This document shows positions 1-7,865 of a stretch of DNA of 61,667 nt, piece after piece (position 1 is the first letter of the stretch; each line of letters opens with the position of its first letter). This stretch comes from Candidatus Sabulitectum sp. (GTDB lineage Bacteria > Fermentibacterota > Fermentibacteria > Fermentibacterales > JCC-6), in assembly GCA_036743055.1 (NCBI GenBank), contig DAINQE010000008.1, positions 5,058-66,724 of the forward strand. Direction: 5' to 3'. The notes beneath the pieces were generated by a model that had not been told where the DNA came from, made no database searches, and was given only the letters and a program-made list of their open reading frames with translations. Position numbers and translations under genes: made by a program.

Positions 1-265
1 CCCCTATGGTCATGTTCATGCTGTACACCGCTCCGCTCTCCGGCAGCGGGAACACATAGACAGCCTCGATCACTTCGTCGTAGGGGTTACCGTACACCTG
101 GCGCACCGTGGCCAGCTGAATGGATCCCTCCACGGTGATCTCCGCCTCGGTGTGCTCCAGGGGAAGGTCTCCGACTATTCCGTCCTCCCCCATGACCACC
201 ATCCTGGAGTAGTCCTGTTCAGGGGCCGCCGCCAGCACCGCGGCTATCATCAGCAATCCGGTCAT
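1..265 (-). CDS. VIT domain-containing secreted protein, N-terminal fragment (gene runs off the left edge)
   Basis: Minus-strand frame is open from ATG (265-263) to the window edge. It translates to MTGLLMIAAVLAAAPEQ... (signal-like) then ...IQLATVRQVYGNPYDEVIEAVYVFPLPESGAVYSMNMTIG, the classic VIT-domain pattern (EA.Y.FPLP..aAV). Absent from the ORF track because there is no stop in the window. Confidence 0.7.
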   Translation of the reverse strand, partial: MTGLLMIAAVLAAAPEQDYSRMVVMGEDGIVGDLPLEHTEAEITVEGSIQLATVRQVYGNPYDEVIEAVYVFPLPESGAVYSMNMTIG

Positions 266-367
266 CTCTCTCTCCTTTCCTTTCAGGAATGATCCATGGT
301 TTCGTTCATGGTACACCGCCGGGGGATGTATATTCCACGGACTTATCGAAATGCACGGAGGAACTGA

Positions 368-1213
368 ATGGCCGGAAGAGTACCGTCCGTGTTGCTGCTG
401 CTGGTAACAGCGGTTATCTGGGGCTTCGCTTTCACAGCCCAGAGGGCCGGTATGGACCATCTGGGCCCGCTGGCCTTCAACGGCATCCGCTTCGCGCTGG
501 GAGCCCTTGTGCTCCTGCCGGCCTTCCGCAGACATATTTCCATCGGTCTCGTTCCAGGGGCGGTTGCCGCCGGAACGGTGCTCTTCGCAGGCGCCGCACT
601 TCAGCAGTGGGGGATCGTTTACACCACCGCAGGGAAGGCAGGGTTCATAACCGGGCTCTACATGGTCTTCGTGCCCCTGCTGGGAATTGTCACCGGTCAC
701 AGGGAGAACCGGTACGTCTGGGCGGGGGTATGCCTCTCCCTCACCGGCCTCTGGCTGCTGAGCTTCTACCGGGGTTTCCAGGGGGTCAATCCGGGGGATC
801 TTCTGGTGCTTGCAGGAGCGTTCATGTGGGCGGTTCATGTGAGGCTCATCGGCATGTATGCCGCCGTTTTTCACCCCGGCGGGTTCGCCGCCGTTCAGTT
901 CGCCTGGGTTGCACTTCTGAGCCTGGCAGGAGCGCTTCTCCTTGGGGAGGGTTTCTCCGGGGCTCCGGAAGCCTGGCTTCCCCTGGCCTACAGCGGTGTT
1001 CTCTCGGTGGGTGTGGCCTTCACCATCCAGGTTTTCGCCCAGAGGGACGTCAAACCCGCACCGGCTGCTCTGATAATGAGCCTTGAGGCCGCCTTCGCGG
1101 CTCTGGGAGGGTGGCTGTTCCTGGGAGAGACCATGGCCTCCAGGGAAACGGCGGGAGCCCTGCTGATGTTCATGGGCATGGGGATCTCCCAGCTTCGATC
1201 CCGGGGAAGGTGA
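368..1213 (+). CDS. EamA/DMT family transporter
   Basis: 281 aa with about 10 hydrophobic helices. N-terminus VLLLLVTAVIWGFAFTAQR and a two-fold internal repeat are typical of EamA drug/metabolite transporters. Confidence 0.85.
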   Translation: MAGRVPSVLLLLVTAVIWGFAFTAQRAGMDHLGPLAFNGIRFALGALVLLPAFRRHISIGLVPGAVAAGTVLFAGAALQQWGIVYTTAGKAGFITGLYMVFVPLLGIVTGHRENRYVWAGVCLSLTGLWLLSFYRGFQGVNPGDLLVLAGAFMWAVHVRLIGMYAAVFHPGGFAAVQFAWVALLSLAGALLLGEGFSGAPEAWLPLAYSGVLSVGVAFTIQVFAQRDVKPAPAALIMSLEAAFAALGGWLFLGETMASRETAGALLMFMGMGISQLRSRGR

Positions 1214-1226
1214 AATACCTGAGGGG

Positions 1227-1268
1227 TTGACATTTTTCGGTTCCATATTAATTTAGTCGTGTCTAAAA
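1227..1268 (+). promoter_or_regulatory. Putative sigma70-type promoter (TTGACA 1227-1232) plus 18-bp imperfect palindrome ATTTAGTCGTGTCTAAAA (1251-1268) upstream of feoA-1
   Basis: TTGACA is followed 16-17 nt later by an AT-rich -10-like hexamer (TAATTT/AATTTA). The palindrome overlaps the -10/+1 region and lies 12 nt before the GGGAGG RBS. Confidence 0.4.
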
Positions 1269-1280
1269 ACGGGAGGCGCT

Positions 1281-1553
1281 ATGTTCGGTTTTTGCAGACG
1301 GGGCAGGAAATGCGCGAGCGCTTGCCTCTCCCTGGCGGACATTCCCCGGGGCGGAACCGCCAGGATAACGGCTTTCTCCGGGGGCCGGGGCATCCGTGAG
1401 AGGATGACCTCCATGGGCCTTTTCCCGGGAACCGTGGTCACCGTGGTGCATACCCACGGAGAGAACGGGATGATACTGGTTTCCGCCGGTTCTTCCCGGT
1501 TCATGGTCGATCCCTGTATGGCCGCCAGGGTTCAGGTGGAGAGAACAGCGTAA
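1281..1553 (+). CDS. feoA: Ferrous iron transport protein A (FeoA domain)
   Basis: 90 aa; ...ITAFSGGRGIRERMTSMGLFPGTVVTVVH...ILVSAGSSRFMVDPCMAARVQVE matches the FeoA SH3-like pattern. GGGAGG RBS; lies upstream of feoB. Confidence 0.8.
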   Translation: MFGFCRRGRKCASACLSLADIPRGGTARITAFSGGRGIRERMTSMGLFPGTVVTVVHTHGENGMILVSAGSSRFMVDPCMAARVQVERTA

Positions 1554-1562
1554 TTACTTTTT

Positions 1563-1591
1563 TTGCCATAACATTTAGATGTATCTAAATT
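1563..1591 (+). promoter_or_regulatory. Putative internal promoter TTGCCA-17 nt-TAAATT with perfect-arm 18-bp palindrome ATTTAGAT-GT-ATCTAAAT (1573-1590)
   Basis: Read directly from the sequence. The palindrome fills the spacer and -10. The leader ATTTAG..GT.TCTAAA..CGGGAGGC..(C/G)(T/A)ATG has the same layout as the one before feoA-1. Confidence 0.4.
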
Positions 1592-1602
1592 CGGGAGGCC
1601 CG

Positions 1603-1833
1603 ATGAAGCTGGCAGAGATGAAAAAGGGTGACACTGGAGTGGTCACAGGCTACGAGAAGGGCGAGAGGGTTTACCGGCAGAAGCTCCTTCGAATGGGGCT
1701 TGTGAAAGGCTGCGTCTTCACCGTTACCAGGGTGGCCCCACTGGGTGACCCCGTTGAGATATCGGTGGATTCCCACAGACTGACCCTGAGGAAGAACGAA
1801 GCCCAGGTGCTAGACGTGGAAAGGCGAAGCTGA
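1603..1833 (+). CDS. feoA: Ferrous iron transport protein A (FeoA domain), second copy
   Basis: MKLAEMKKGDTGVVTGYEKGERVYRQKLLRMGLVKGCVFTVTRVAPLGDPVEISVDSHRLTLRKNEA is a textbook FeoA. Start trimmed to the ATG at 1603, which follows a GGGAGG RBS. Confidence 0.85.
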   Translation: MKLAEMKKGDTGVVTGYEKGERVYRQKLLRMGLVKGCVFTVTRVAPLGDPVEISVDSHRLTLRKNEAQVLDVERRS

Positions 1834-1834
1834 A

Positions 1835-4081
1835 TTGAAAAAGCTCAGAATAGCCGTTGCCGGAAACCCCAATGTTGGAAAAACCACCCTCCTCAACGCC
1901 CTTACCGGCTCGAAGCAGAGGGTGGGCAACTGGCCCGGTGTCACCGTTGAGAAACTGGAGGGTTCCTATGTTCACGATTCCGTGGAGGTGCAGGTAACCG
2001 ACCTTCCCGGCATCTATTCCTTCACCGCCTTCTCAATAGACGAATCAATAGCCAGGAAGTTCATACTCGAGGAAAAGCCCGACCTTATCGTGAACATCGT
2101 CGACGCCACCAACCTGGAGAGGAACCTCTTCCTCACCACCCAGATCCTGGAGATGAAGGTACCCATGGTGGTGGTGCTTAACATGATGGACCTGGCGGAA
2201 AGAAGGCGCTTGAAGATAGAGGTGGAACACCTTCAGAAACACCTCGACTGCCCTGTGATCCCCATGAGCGCATCCAGGAACCGGGGGATCGAAGAGCTGA
2301 AGGAAATGGTGAACAGCGCCGGTTTCCAGAAGCCCGTACCCGGGACGAGGGTTGCCTACGACGAGGTACTGGAGGAAGCCGCGGAAACGGTTGCCGCCGC
2401 GGTGGTCTCCATTGCCTCCGGGAAGAAAGTCGATCCCAGATGGCTTGCCCTGAGGCTCCTCGAGGGGGACGAGTACGCCATGGAGCTCTGCGGCGGCCAG
2501 ATCCCGGAGTCCCTCCTCCAGGAGCAGACATCCCGTGTGGAAAGGCATGTGGGCGACGAGATCGACATAGTGCTGGCCGACGGCAGGTACGGCTTTATCC
2601 ACGGCCTGGCAAGGGACGTGATAAACAGGACCGACGAGGTAAGGAGAACGGTTTCCGACGGACTGGACAGGGTAATGCTGAACAGGTTCCTGGGCATCCC
2701 GGTCTTCCTGGGTATCATGTATCTGGTCTTCGCAGGCACCATCAACCTCTCAGGCCCCTTCATAGACTTCTTCGACATACTGGCGGGAACAATTTTCGTT
2801 CAGGGTTTCGGATCTTTCCTTGCCTCCATGGGAACTCCGGACTTCCTGGTAGCCCTGCTTGCCGAAGGCATTGGAGGGGGAATACAGACGGTATCCACCT
2901 TCATACCCCCCATCTTCATGATATTCCTCTTCCTCTCGCTTCTGGAGGACTCCGGCTACATGGCCAGGGCGGCCTTCGTGATGGACAGGTTCCTCCGGTC
3001 CATAGGCCTTCCAGGCAAGGCCTTTATTCCCATGCTGGTTGGTTTCGGCTGCAATGTCCCCGCGATCATGGCCACCAGAACCCTGGAGAACCGAAGGGAC
3101 AGGATACTGGCCATCATGATGAACCCCTTCATGTCATGCGGGGCCAGGCTTCCGGTATACGCCCTCTTCACCGCGGTGTTCTTCCCGGACAGCGGGGGCA
3201 CAGTTCTGTTCAGCATATACCTTACAGGAATACTCCTCGCCGTACTCACCGGACTTCTCTTCAAGAAGACCATACTCAAGGGCGAAACATCCACCTTCGT
3301 CATGGAGCTTCCCCCCTACCATCTCCCCACCTTCAGGGGCATCATGTACCACACCATGTCCCGGCTGAAGGGTTTCGTAACCAGGGCGGGAAAGGTGATA
3401 CTTGCTGTGGTGGTGGTACTCTCCTTCCTGGGATCACTGGGAACGGACTGGTCATTCGGGAATCAGGATTCCTCGAAGTCGGTGCTCTCCGCGGTGGGAA
3501 GGGCCATCACACCGGTGTTCCACCCCATGGGAATAACAGATGAGAACTGGCCCGCTGCTGTGGGGCTGTTCACGGGGATATTCGCCAAAGAGGCGGTGGT
3601 GGGCACCCTGGACAACCTTTACACCGCAATGGCCGACGAGCCTGTTGGGATCACCGAAGATGCCGGTGACTTCAGTCTTGCGGGAGGGGTAGCCGAGGCC
3701 TTCCGCTCAATTCCCGAGGGACTCCGCGGTCCAGAGAGCGAAGGGCCGCCTGAAACCAGCGAGTCGGCATTCCAGGTGATGAGGACAATGTTCGACGGCC
3801 CCGCCGCGGCCTACGCCTACCTGCTCTTCATACTGATCTACGCTCCGTGCGTAGCGGCCATAGCAGCCATCTACAAGGAGACCAGTCTGGCCTGGGCGGC
3901 CTTCTCCACGGCCTACCTCACTGTCCTCGCCTGGACTGTGAGCACATTGTTCTACAGGCTCGCCACATTCCACCGATCCCCGGGAGAGTCACTGCTATGG
4001 CTGGTGACGGCTTCCCTTGTTGCAGGAGGCGTCTGGCTAACGCTGAAGGGTCTCTCAAAAGCCGGAAAGCCGGGGATCTGA
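1835..4081 (+). CDS. feoB: Ferrous iron transporter FeoB (GTPase plus permease)
   Basis: N-terminal G-domain IAVAGNPNVGKTTLLNALTG, DLPGIYS, NMMD. Followed by a polytopic membrane domain with the gate motifs of FeoB. 748 aa. Confidence 0.97.
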   Translation: MKKLRIAVAGNPNVGKTTLLNALTGSKQRVGNWPGVTVEKLEGSYVHDSVEVQVTDLPGIYSFTAFSIDESIARKFILEEKPDLIVNIVDATNLERNLFLTTQILEMKVPMVVVLNMMDLAERRRLKIEVEHLQKHLDCPVIPMSASRNRGIEELKEMVNSAGFQKPVPGTRVAYDEVLEEAAETVAAAVVSIASGKKVDPRWLALRLLEGDEYAMELCGGQIPESLLQEQTSRVERHVGDEIDIVLADGRYGFIHGLARDVINRTDEVRRTVSDGLDRVMLNRFLGIPVFLGIMYLVFAGTINLSGPFIDFFDILAGTIFVQGFGSFLASMGTPDFLVALLAEGIGGGIQTVSTFIPPIFMIFLFLSLLEDSGYMARAAFVMDRFLRSIGLPGKAFIPMLVGFGCNVPAIMATRTLENRRDRILAIMMNPFMSCGARLPVYALFTAVFFPDSGGTVLFSIYLTGILLAVLTGLLFKKTILKGETSTFVMELPPYHLPTFRGIMYHTMSRLKGFVTRAGKVILAVVVVLSFLGSLGTDWSFGNQDSSKSVLSAVGRAITPVFHPMGITDENWPAAVGLFTGIFAKEAVVGTLDNLYTAMADEPVGITEDAGDFSLAGGVAEAFRSIPEGLRGPESEGPPETSESAFQVMRTMFDGPAAAYAYLLFILIYAPCVAAIAAIYKETSLAWAAFSTAYLTVLAWTVSTLFYRLATFHRSPGESLLWLVTASLVAGGVWLTLKGLSKAGKPGI

Positions 4082-4084
4082 CAC

Positions 4085-4345
4085 ATGCTTGCGCGGATAA
4101 TGGAGCTTCTGGAGGAACACGGAAGGCTCACACTGGCGGAGTTCGCCAACGCCCTGGAAGCTCCTGAAGATGCGGTGAAGCCCATGATGGACCTTCTCGT
4201 GAGGAAGGGCAGGGTGGAGGAAATGGGGGGAACCTGCTCAACAGGCTCCTGTGCCGGGTGCTCCTTCAGCTGCGGTGGTTCAGCCGCGGTCTATCGCACC
4301 GGAATCAAGCACTCCACGGACCCTGGAGGCCAGCAGGGCGGCTGA
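4085..4345 (+). CDS. feoC: FeoC-like winged-helix protein with Cys cluster
   Basis: 86 aa directly after feoB. IMELLEEHGRLTLAEFANALEAPEDAVKPMMDLLVRKGRV (wHTH) then CSTGSCAGCSFSC (Cys-rich Fe-S-type tail). The last 66 nt overlap the convergent kinase gene. Confidence 0.65.
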   Translation: MLARIMELLEEHGRLTLAEFANALEAPEDAVKPMMDLLVRKGRVEEMGGTCSTGSCAGCSFSCGGSAAVYRTGIKHSTDPGGQQGG

Positions 4346-7300
4346 AAAAGGTTTCTGAATGAAATTGATGCCGGTCTCGACCACTCCTCTGCTGGCAATA
4401 ACCTCGTCGGGGTAACCGGACATGTAGAGCACCTTCAGGTCGGGAATGGTCTCCTTCAGTGCGCCGTAGAGTTCCCTGCCGTTCATTCCAGGCATAACCA
4501 CATCGGTGAGAAGGAGATGCAGGGGTTCTTCCAGCTCCGAGACCATACCCAGGGCCTGCGAACCGCTTGAAGCGGTGATCATCCTGTAGCCGGTCCTGGA
4601 CAGTATTTCGCAGGCAAGGCTCCGCACCTGGTCATCGTCCTCCACCAGAAGCACCGTTTCGCTGCCTACGGGTTCTCCCGGGGCTGCCGGCCCCTCCGGT
4701 AAGGTTTCCGCACACCCTGAGAGCAGCGGCAGGTACACCGAAAAACGGGAGCCTTCACCGGGAACGCTGTCGACCCAGACATAGCCGTCATGCTGCTTAA
4801 CTATTCCGTAAACGGTTGCAAGCCCCAGCCCTGTCCCCTCGGTCATGCTCTTCGTGGTGTAGAATGGCTCGAAGACCTGTGAGCAGACATCCGGTTCCAT
4901 TCCCGTTCCTGTATCACTGACTACAAGACTGGCATATGTGCCCGGCTGCATCTCGTCCCCGGAGCCGGGAAGGTCAGTCGGCACTTCCACCCTGTTTGTT
5001 TCTATAATGAGGCTTCCCCCCTCGGGCATCGCATCCTGGGCGTTCACCGCCAGGTTCATCAGCACCTGTTCCAGCTGCCCCCTGTCCCCCATGATGTGAA
5101 GAGGATCGCCGAATGGGAGGAAATCTATCAAGATGTCTTCGGTAATGGTCCTTTGCAGGAGGGGGATGAAGTCGCCGACGAGGGTATTGATGTCCAGTGA
5201 GCGGAACTGAAGGGTCTGCCTGCGGCTGAAGGCCAGCAGCTGCTGGACCAGTTCCCGTGCTTTTTCGCCGGCGTTCTGTATGTGTTCCAGATTCTCCCTT
5301 TCCCTGCCCCTGGGCAGGCTTTCCCTCAGCATCTCTCCGTATCCCAGGATTGGGGTAAGGAGGTTGTTCAGATCGTGGGCTACACCCCCGGCCAGCCTTC
5401 CCACCGATTCCAGCCGCTGGAACTGCTGGAACCTCTCCTCCAGTCTTCTGTTCTCCCTCTCCATCCGTTTCTTCTCGGTGATGTCCTGTCCAACAATTAT
5501 CGCCGCCGGTCTTCCGTTCATGTTCACGGAGACCGACGTGGAGTAGCTCCAGCGCTCCTCTCCGCTGGGGTGGATGAACTTGAGCTCCACTGGAGAGTTG
5601 GATTCTCCCGATGCGGTCTTCATCATCCGTCGCTTCACCAGGGGGCGGTACTCCGGCGAAAGCTGCAGTAGAGGGTCTACGCCCTGGAGTTCGCTTGGGT
5701 CCTCATGCCCCAGAAGCCTGGCACCCGCTGGGTTGCAGTAGATGTACCTGCCGTCCTGCAGGAGGAAAATGGCGTAGGGAGACTGCTCCACCAGGGCCCT
5801 GAACCTGGCCTCGCTCTCATGGAGAGCCCTCTCGGCCAGGGTTCTCTCCGTTATGTCCGTGGCAATGCTCAAGACCGCCTGTTTACCCTGCCAGGATATC
5901 TTCTTGGCCTGAACATGAAGGGGGAACGTGGAGCCGTCCTTCCTGTAGTGCATCACCTCGAAGGATGCCTCCCCTTCCCTGTCTATCCTGTCGAACCTTT
6001 CCGCAAGCAGGGCTTCGCTCTCGGGAACGTCAAGCCGGTGCAGGTTTACGCTGCGGAAATCGCTCTCCTCTTCGTAGCCATGGAGTCTCAGGGTCTCTCT
6101 GTTCGCGTAGAGGAACGCTCCCCCAGTGTCGTGTATGGTTATTGAGGCCGGTGCTGAATCCAGCATCTGGCCGAGAAGGCGTATCCTCTCCTCCCTGGCC
6201 CTCGCCTCGGTAACGTCCAGGGCGTTTCCCACAAAGCGTGAAAGCTCCCCGGAATCGTCGAAGAGGGGCGTGACCACCGAGCGGAACCATCTCAGCGAGC
6301 CGTTCTTGTGAACTACCCTGAACTCGGCGGCCGGAAGGGCTTCGCCGGCTTCCTCGGTGGCCTTCAGCCCCCTGCTGCAGAAAGCCATGTCCTCAGGGTA
6401 TACGAACTCATGGAAGTGCTTCCCAACGGCCTCGCTGGAAGAAAAGCCCAGGTGAGACTGCCAACTGGGGGATACATAGTCGAGGATGCCGTGGGGCAGC
6501 AGTTCGTAGATAACGCTCTGGCTGTTCTCCACCAGGTGACGGTACCGGCTTTCAGCCTCCCGCAGTGCCTGTTCGGCACGCTTCCTCTCGGTGGTTACCC
6601 TGAAGTATATGGACACCCTGCCCTCGCTGGAGGGAAAGAGACGCATGTCGTACCAGTCGGCATAAGGCTCCCTGTCGAAGTAAACCTCGAACACCTGGGG
6701 TTCTCCGGACTCCCTGGCCTTCATGTATCGTTCATTGAAGACCGAATCGTTCCCCTCCGGAAAAACATCCCTCACCGACCGCCCGAGGACCTGCTTCGGA
6801 TCAACGCCCAGCTGCTCCCCTGCGGCGCGGTTGAAATAGGTTATGCGGAGGTCACCGTCCAGGGTTATCATGGCGTCGGAAATGCTGTCCAGTATCTCCG
6901 CCTTCTCCCTTTCGGAAAGAGCGCTTTCCCTCTGAAGGTCACTCCTGTAGAAACCAGCGGCAATATCCGAAGCCAGCTCGGTGAAAAGGCCGAGTTCCTC
7001 ATCGTCGTCGGCGAACTCCATTGGGACCGAAGCGGACAGAACGCCGTAAGTCCGTCCAGAATGGCGAAGCCTTGTGGTGAAACCGGCCCTGTCGCTGTAG
7101 AACTCGGCCAGGGGACAGTCCGGGCAGTCCCTGGGGGGATCCCTGAGAACAAGCACCTTCGAGGAGTCCAGGGCTTTAACGGTGCATGACGGCGGTCTGC
7201 CCTGGGTGAACGCGGCGCCCAGGGAGTCGAACTCCGCTCCGAACCCGCTGGAAACGATGGAGCCGAAGGAACCGTCTTCATTAAGCAGGACCATCCAGGC

Positions 7301-7576
7301 ATTGTGGTAACTGAGGTTCCCGGTAAGTACCCTGCATATTTCCCGGGCCGTGCTTTCTCTGTTCCTGTCCTGGTTCAGAAGGGCGCTCACGGCCCTGAGG
7401 GAGTGGAGCACCTGCTTCAGGTGCTGTTCTCTCCTCTTCGCCGTGGCAAGCCGGGAGAGAAGGGACCTGTCCTGACCGAGAACGGTGTCCACCTCACCGC
7501 TCCTCAGCGCTGCCAGGGCGGACTCGGCGGCTAAGAGCCTTTCGACCAGCTCACCACGGGTCAAGTCATCATGCAT
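4280..7576 (-). CDS. Hybrid sensor histidine kinase (coiled coil-GAF-4xPAS-HisKA-HATPase-REC)
   Basis: H-box VAHDLNNLLTPILGYGEML, N/G boxes (NLAVNAQDAM, DTGTGM, GTGLGLATV), C-terminal receiver VLLVEDDDQV...LLLTDVVMPGMNG...YMSGY, and several PAS cores. The ATG at 7576 overlaps the kaiB stop by 8 nt; the TTG at 7585 is an alternative start. Confidence 0.9.
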   Translation of the reverse strand: MHDDLTRGELVERLLAAESALAALRSGEVDTVLGQDRSLLSRLATAKRREQHLKQVLHSLRAVSALLNQDRNRESTAREICRVLTGNLSYHNAWMVLLNEDGSFGSIVSSGFGAEFDSLGAAFTQGRPPSCTVKALDSSKVLVLRDPPRDCPDCPLAEFYSDRAGFTTRLRHSGRTYGVLSASVPMEFADDDEELGLFTELASDIAAGFYRSDLQRESALSEREKAEILDSISDAMITLDGDLRITYFNRAAGEQLGVDPKQVLGRSVRDVFPEGNDSVFNERYMKARESGEPQVFEVYFDREPYADWYDMRLFPSSEGRVSIYFRVTTERKRAEQALREAESRYRHLVENSQSVIYELLPHGILDYVSPSWQSHLGFSSSEAVGKHFHEFVYPEDMAFCSRGLKATEEAGEALPAAEFRVVHKNGSLRWFRSVVTPLFDDSGELSRFVGNALDVTEARAREERIRLLGQMLDSAPASITIHDTGGAFLYANRETLRLHGYEEESDFRSVNLHRLDVPESEALLAERFDRIDREGEASFEVMHYRKDGSTFPLHVQAKKISWQGKQAVLSIATDITERTLAERALHESEARFRALVEQSPYAIFLLQDGRYIYCNPAGARLLGHEDPSELQGVDPLLQLSPEYRPLVKRRMMKTASGESNSPVELKFIHPSGEERWSYSTSVSVNMNGRPAAIIVGQDITEKKRMERENRRLEERFQQFQRLESVGRLAGGVAHDLNNLLTPILGYGEMLRESLPRGRERENLEHIQNAGEKARELVQQLLAFSRRQTLQFRSLDINTLVGDFIPLLQRTITEDILIDFLPFGDPLHIMGDRGQLEQVLMNLAVNAQDAMPEGGSLIIETNRVEVPTDLPGSGDEMQPGTYASLVVSDTGTGMEPDVCSQVFEPFYTTKSMTEGTGLGLATVYGIVKQHDGYVWVDSVPGEGSRFSVYLPLLSGCAETLPEGPAAPGEPVGSETVLLVEDDDQVRSLACEILSRTGYRMITASSGSQALGMVSELEEPLHLLLTDVVMPGMNGRELYGALKETIPDLKVLYMSGYPDEVIASRGVVETGINFIQKPFSAALLASRVRGVLDSGAIDRG

Positions 7577-7865
7577 TCGCCTCAAGGTCCGTTCCGAAGA
7601 TGGAGTCGAGTTCCCTTGTCTTCGTCAGGTTCCCGTAGATTATCAAGGTGGAGTCGCCTGAACCCAGCAGAAGGGCCGGGGTAATGAATACGCCTCTGTC
7701 CAGGGCTTCTTCGGGATGCTCCATCACATCCACGATGTGGACCCTGTTCCAGCTGATCCCCGCTCTGTCCAGCAGACGGTGAAGGTTGTCGAGGGCAATG
7801 ATCGAGTTGGGAGCCTTCCCCGCTATGAAAAGCCGTATCGTTCCTGTGGAGGAATCGAAGGTCAT
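7569..7865 (-). CDS. kaiB: Circadian clock protein KaiB homolog
   Basis: IRLFIAGKAPNSIIALDNLHRLL...VHIVDVMEHPEEALDRGVFITPALL...IIYGNLT aligns by eye with Synechococcus KaiB (LKLYVAGNTPNSVRAL...VIDVLKNPQLAE..ILATPTL..IIGDLS). ATGA overlap with kaiC. Confidence 0.9.
   Translation of the reverse strand: MTFDSSTGTIRLFIAGKAPNSIIALDNLHRLLDRAGISWNRVHIVDVMEHPEEALDRGVFITPALLLGSGDSTLIIYGNLTKTRELDSIFGTDLEANA

Noticed and set aside
289-1086. 265-aa plus-strand ORF overlapping the EamA transporter gene in another frame
   Set aside because: Arg/Gly/Pro/Ser-rich, no motifs. A typical alternative-frame shadow ORF of a high-GC gene; the 368-1213 frame gives a coherent membrane protein.
1251-1590. Calling the feo palindromes canonical Fur boxes
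   Set aside because: The sequence does not match the GATAATGATAATCATTATC consensus. Kept only as an unassigned operator-like motif.
2440-3543. 367-aa ORF inside feoB (different frame)
   Set aside because: Low-complexity R/G/P/H-rich translation. The feoB frame is unambiguous.
6308-7189. 293-aa ORF antisense to the hybrid kinase
   Set aside because: Shadow ORF of GC-rich coding DNA. No RBS or motif; the kinase frame has PAS signatures throughout.
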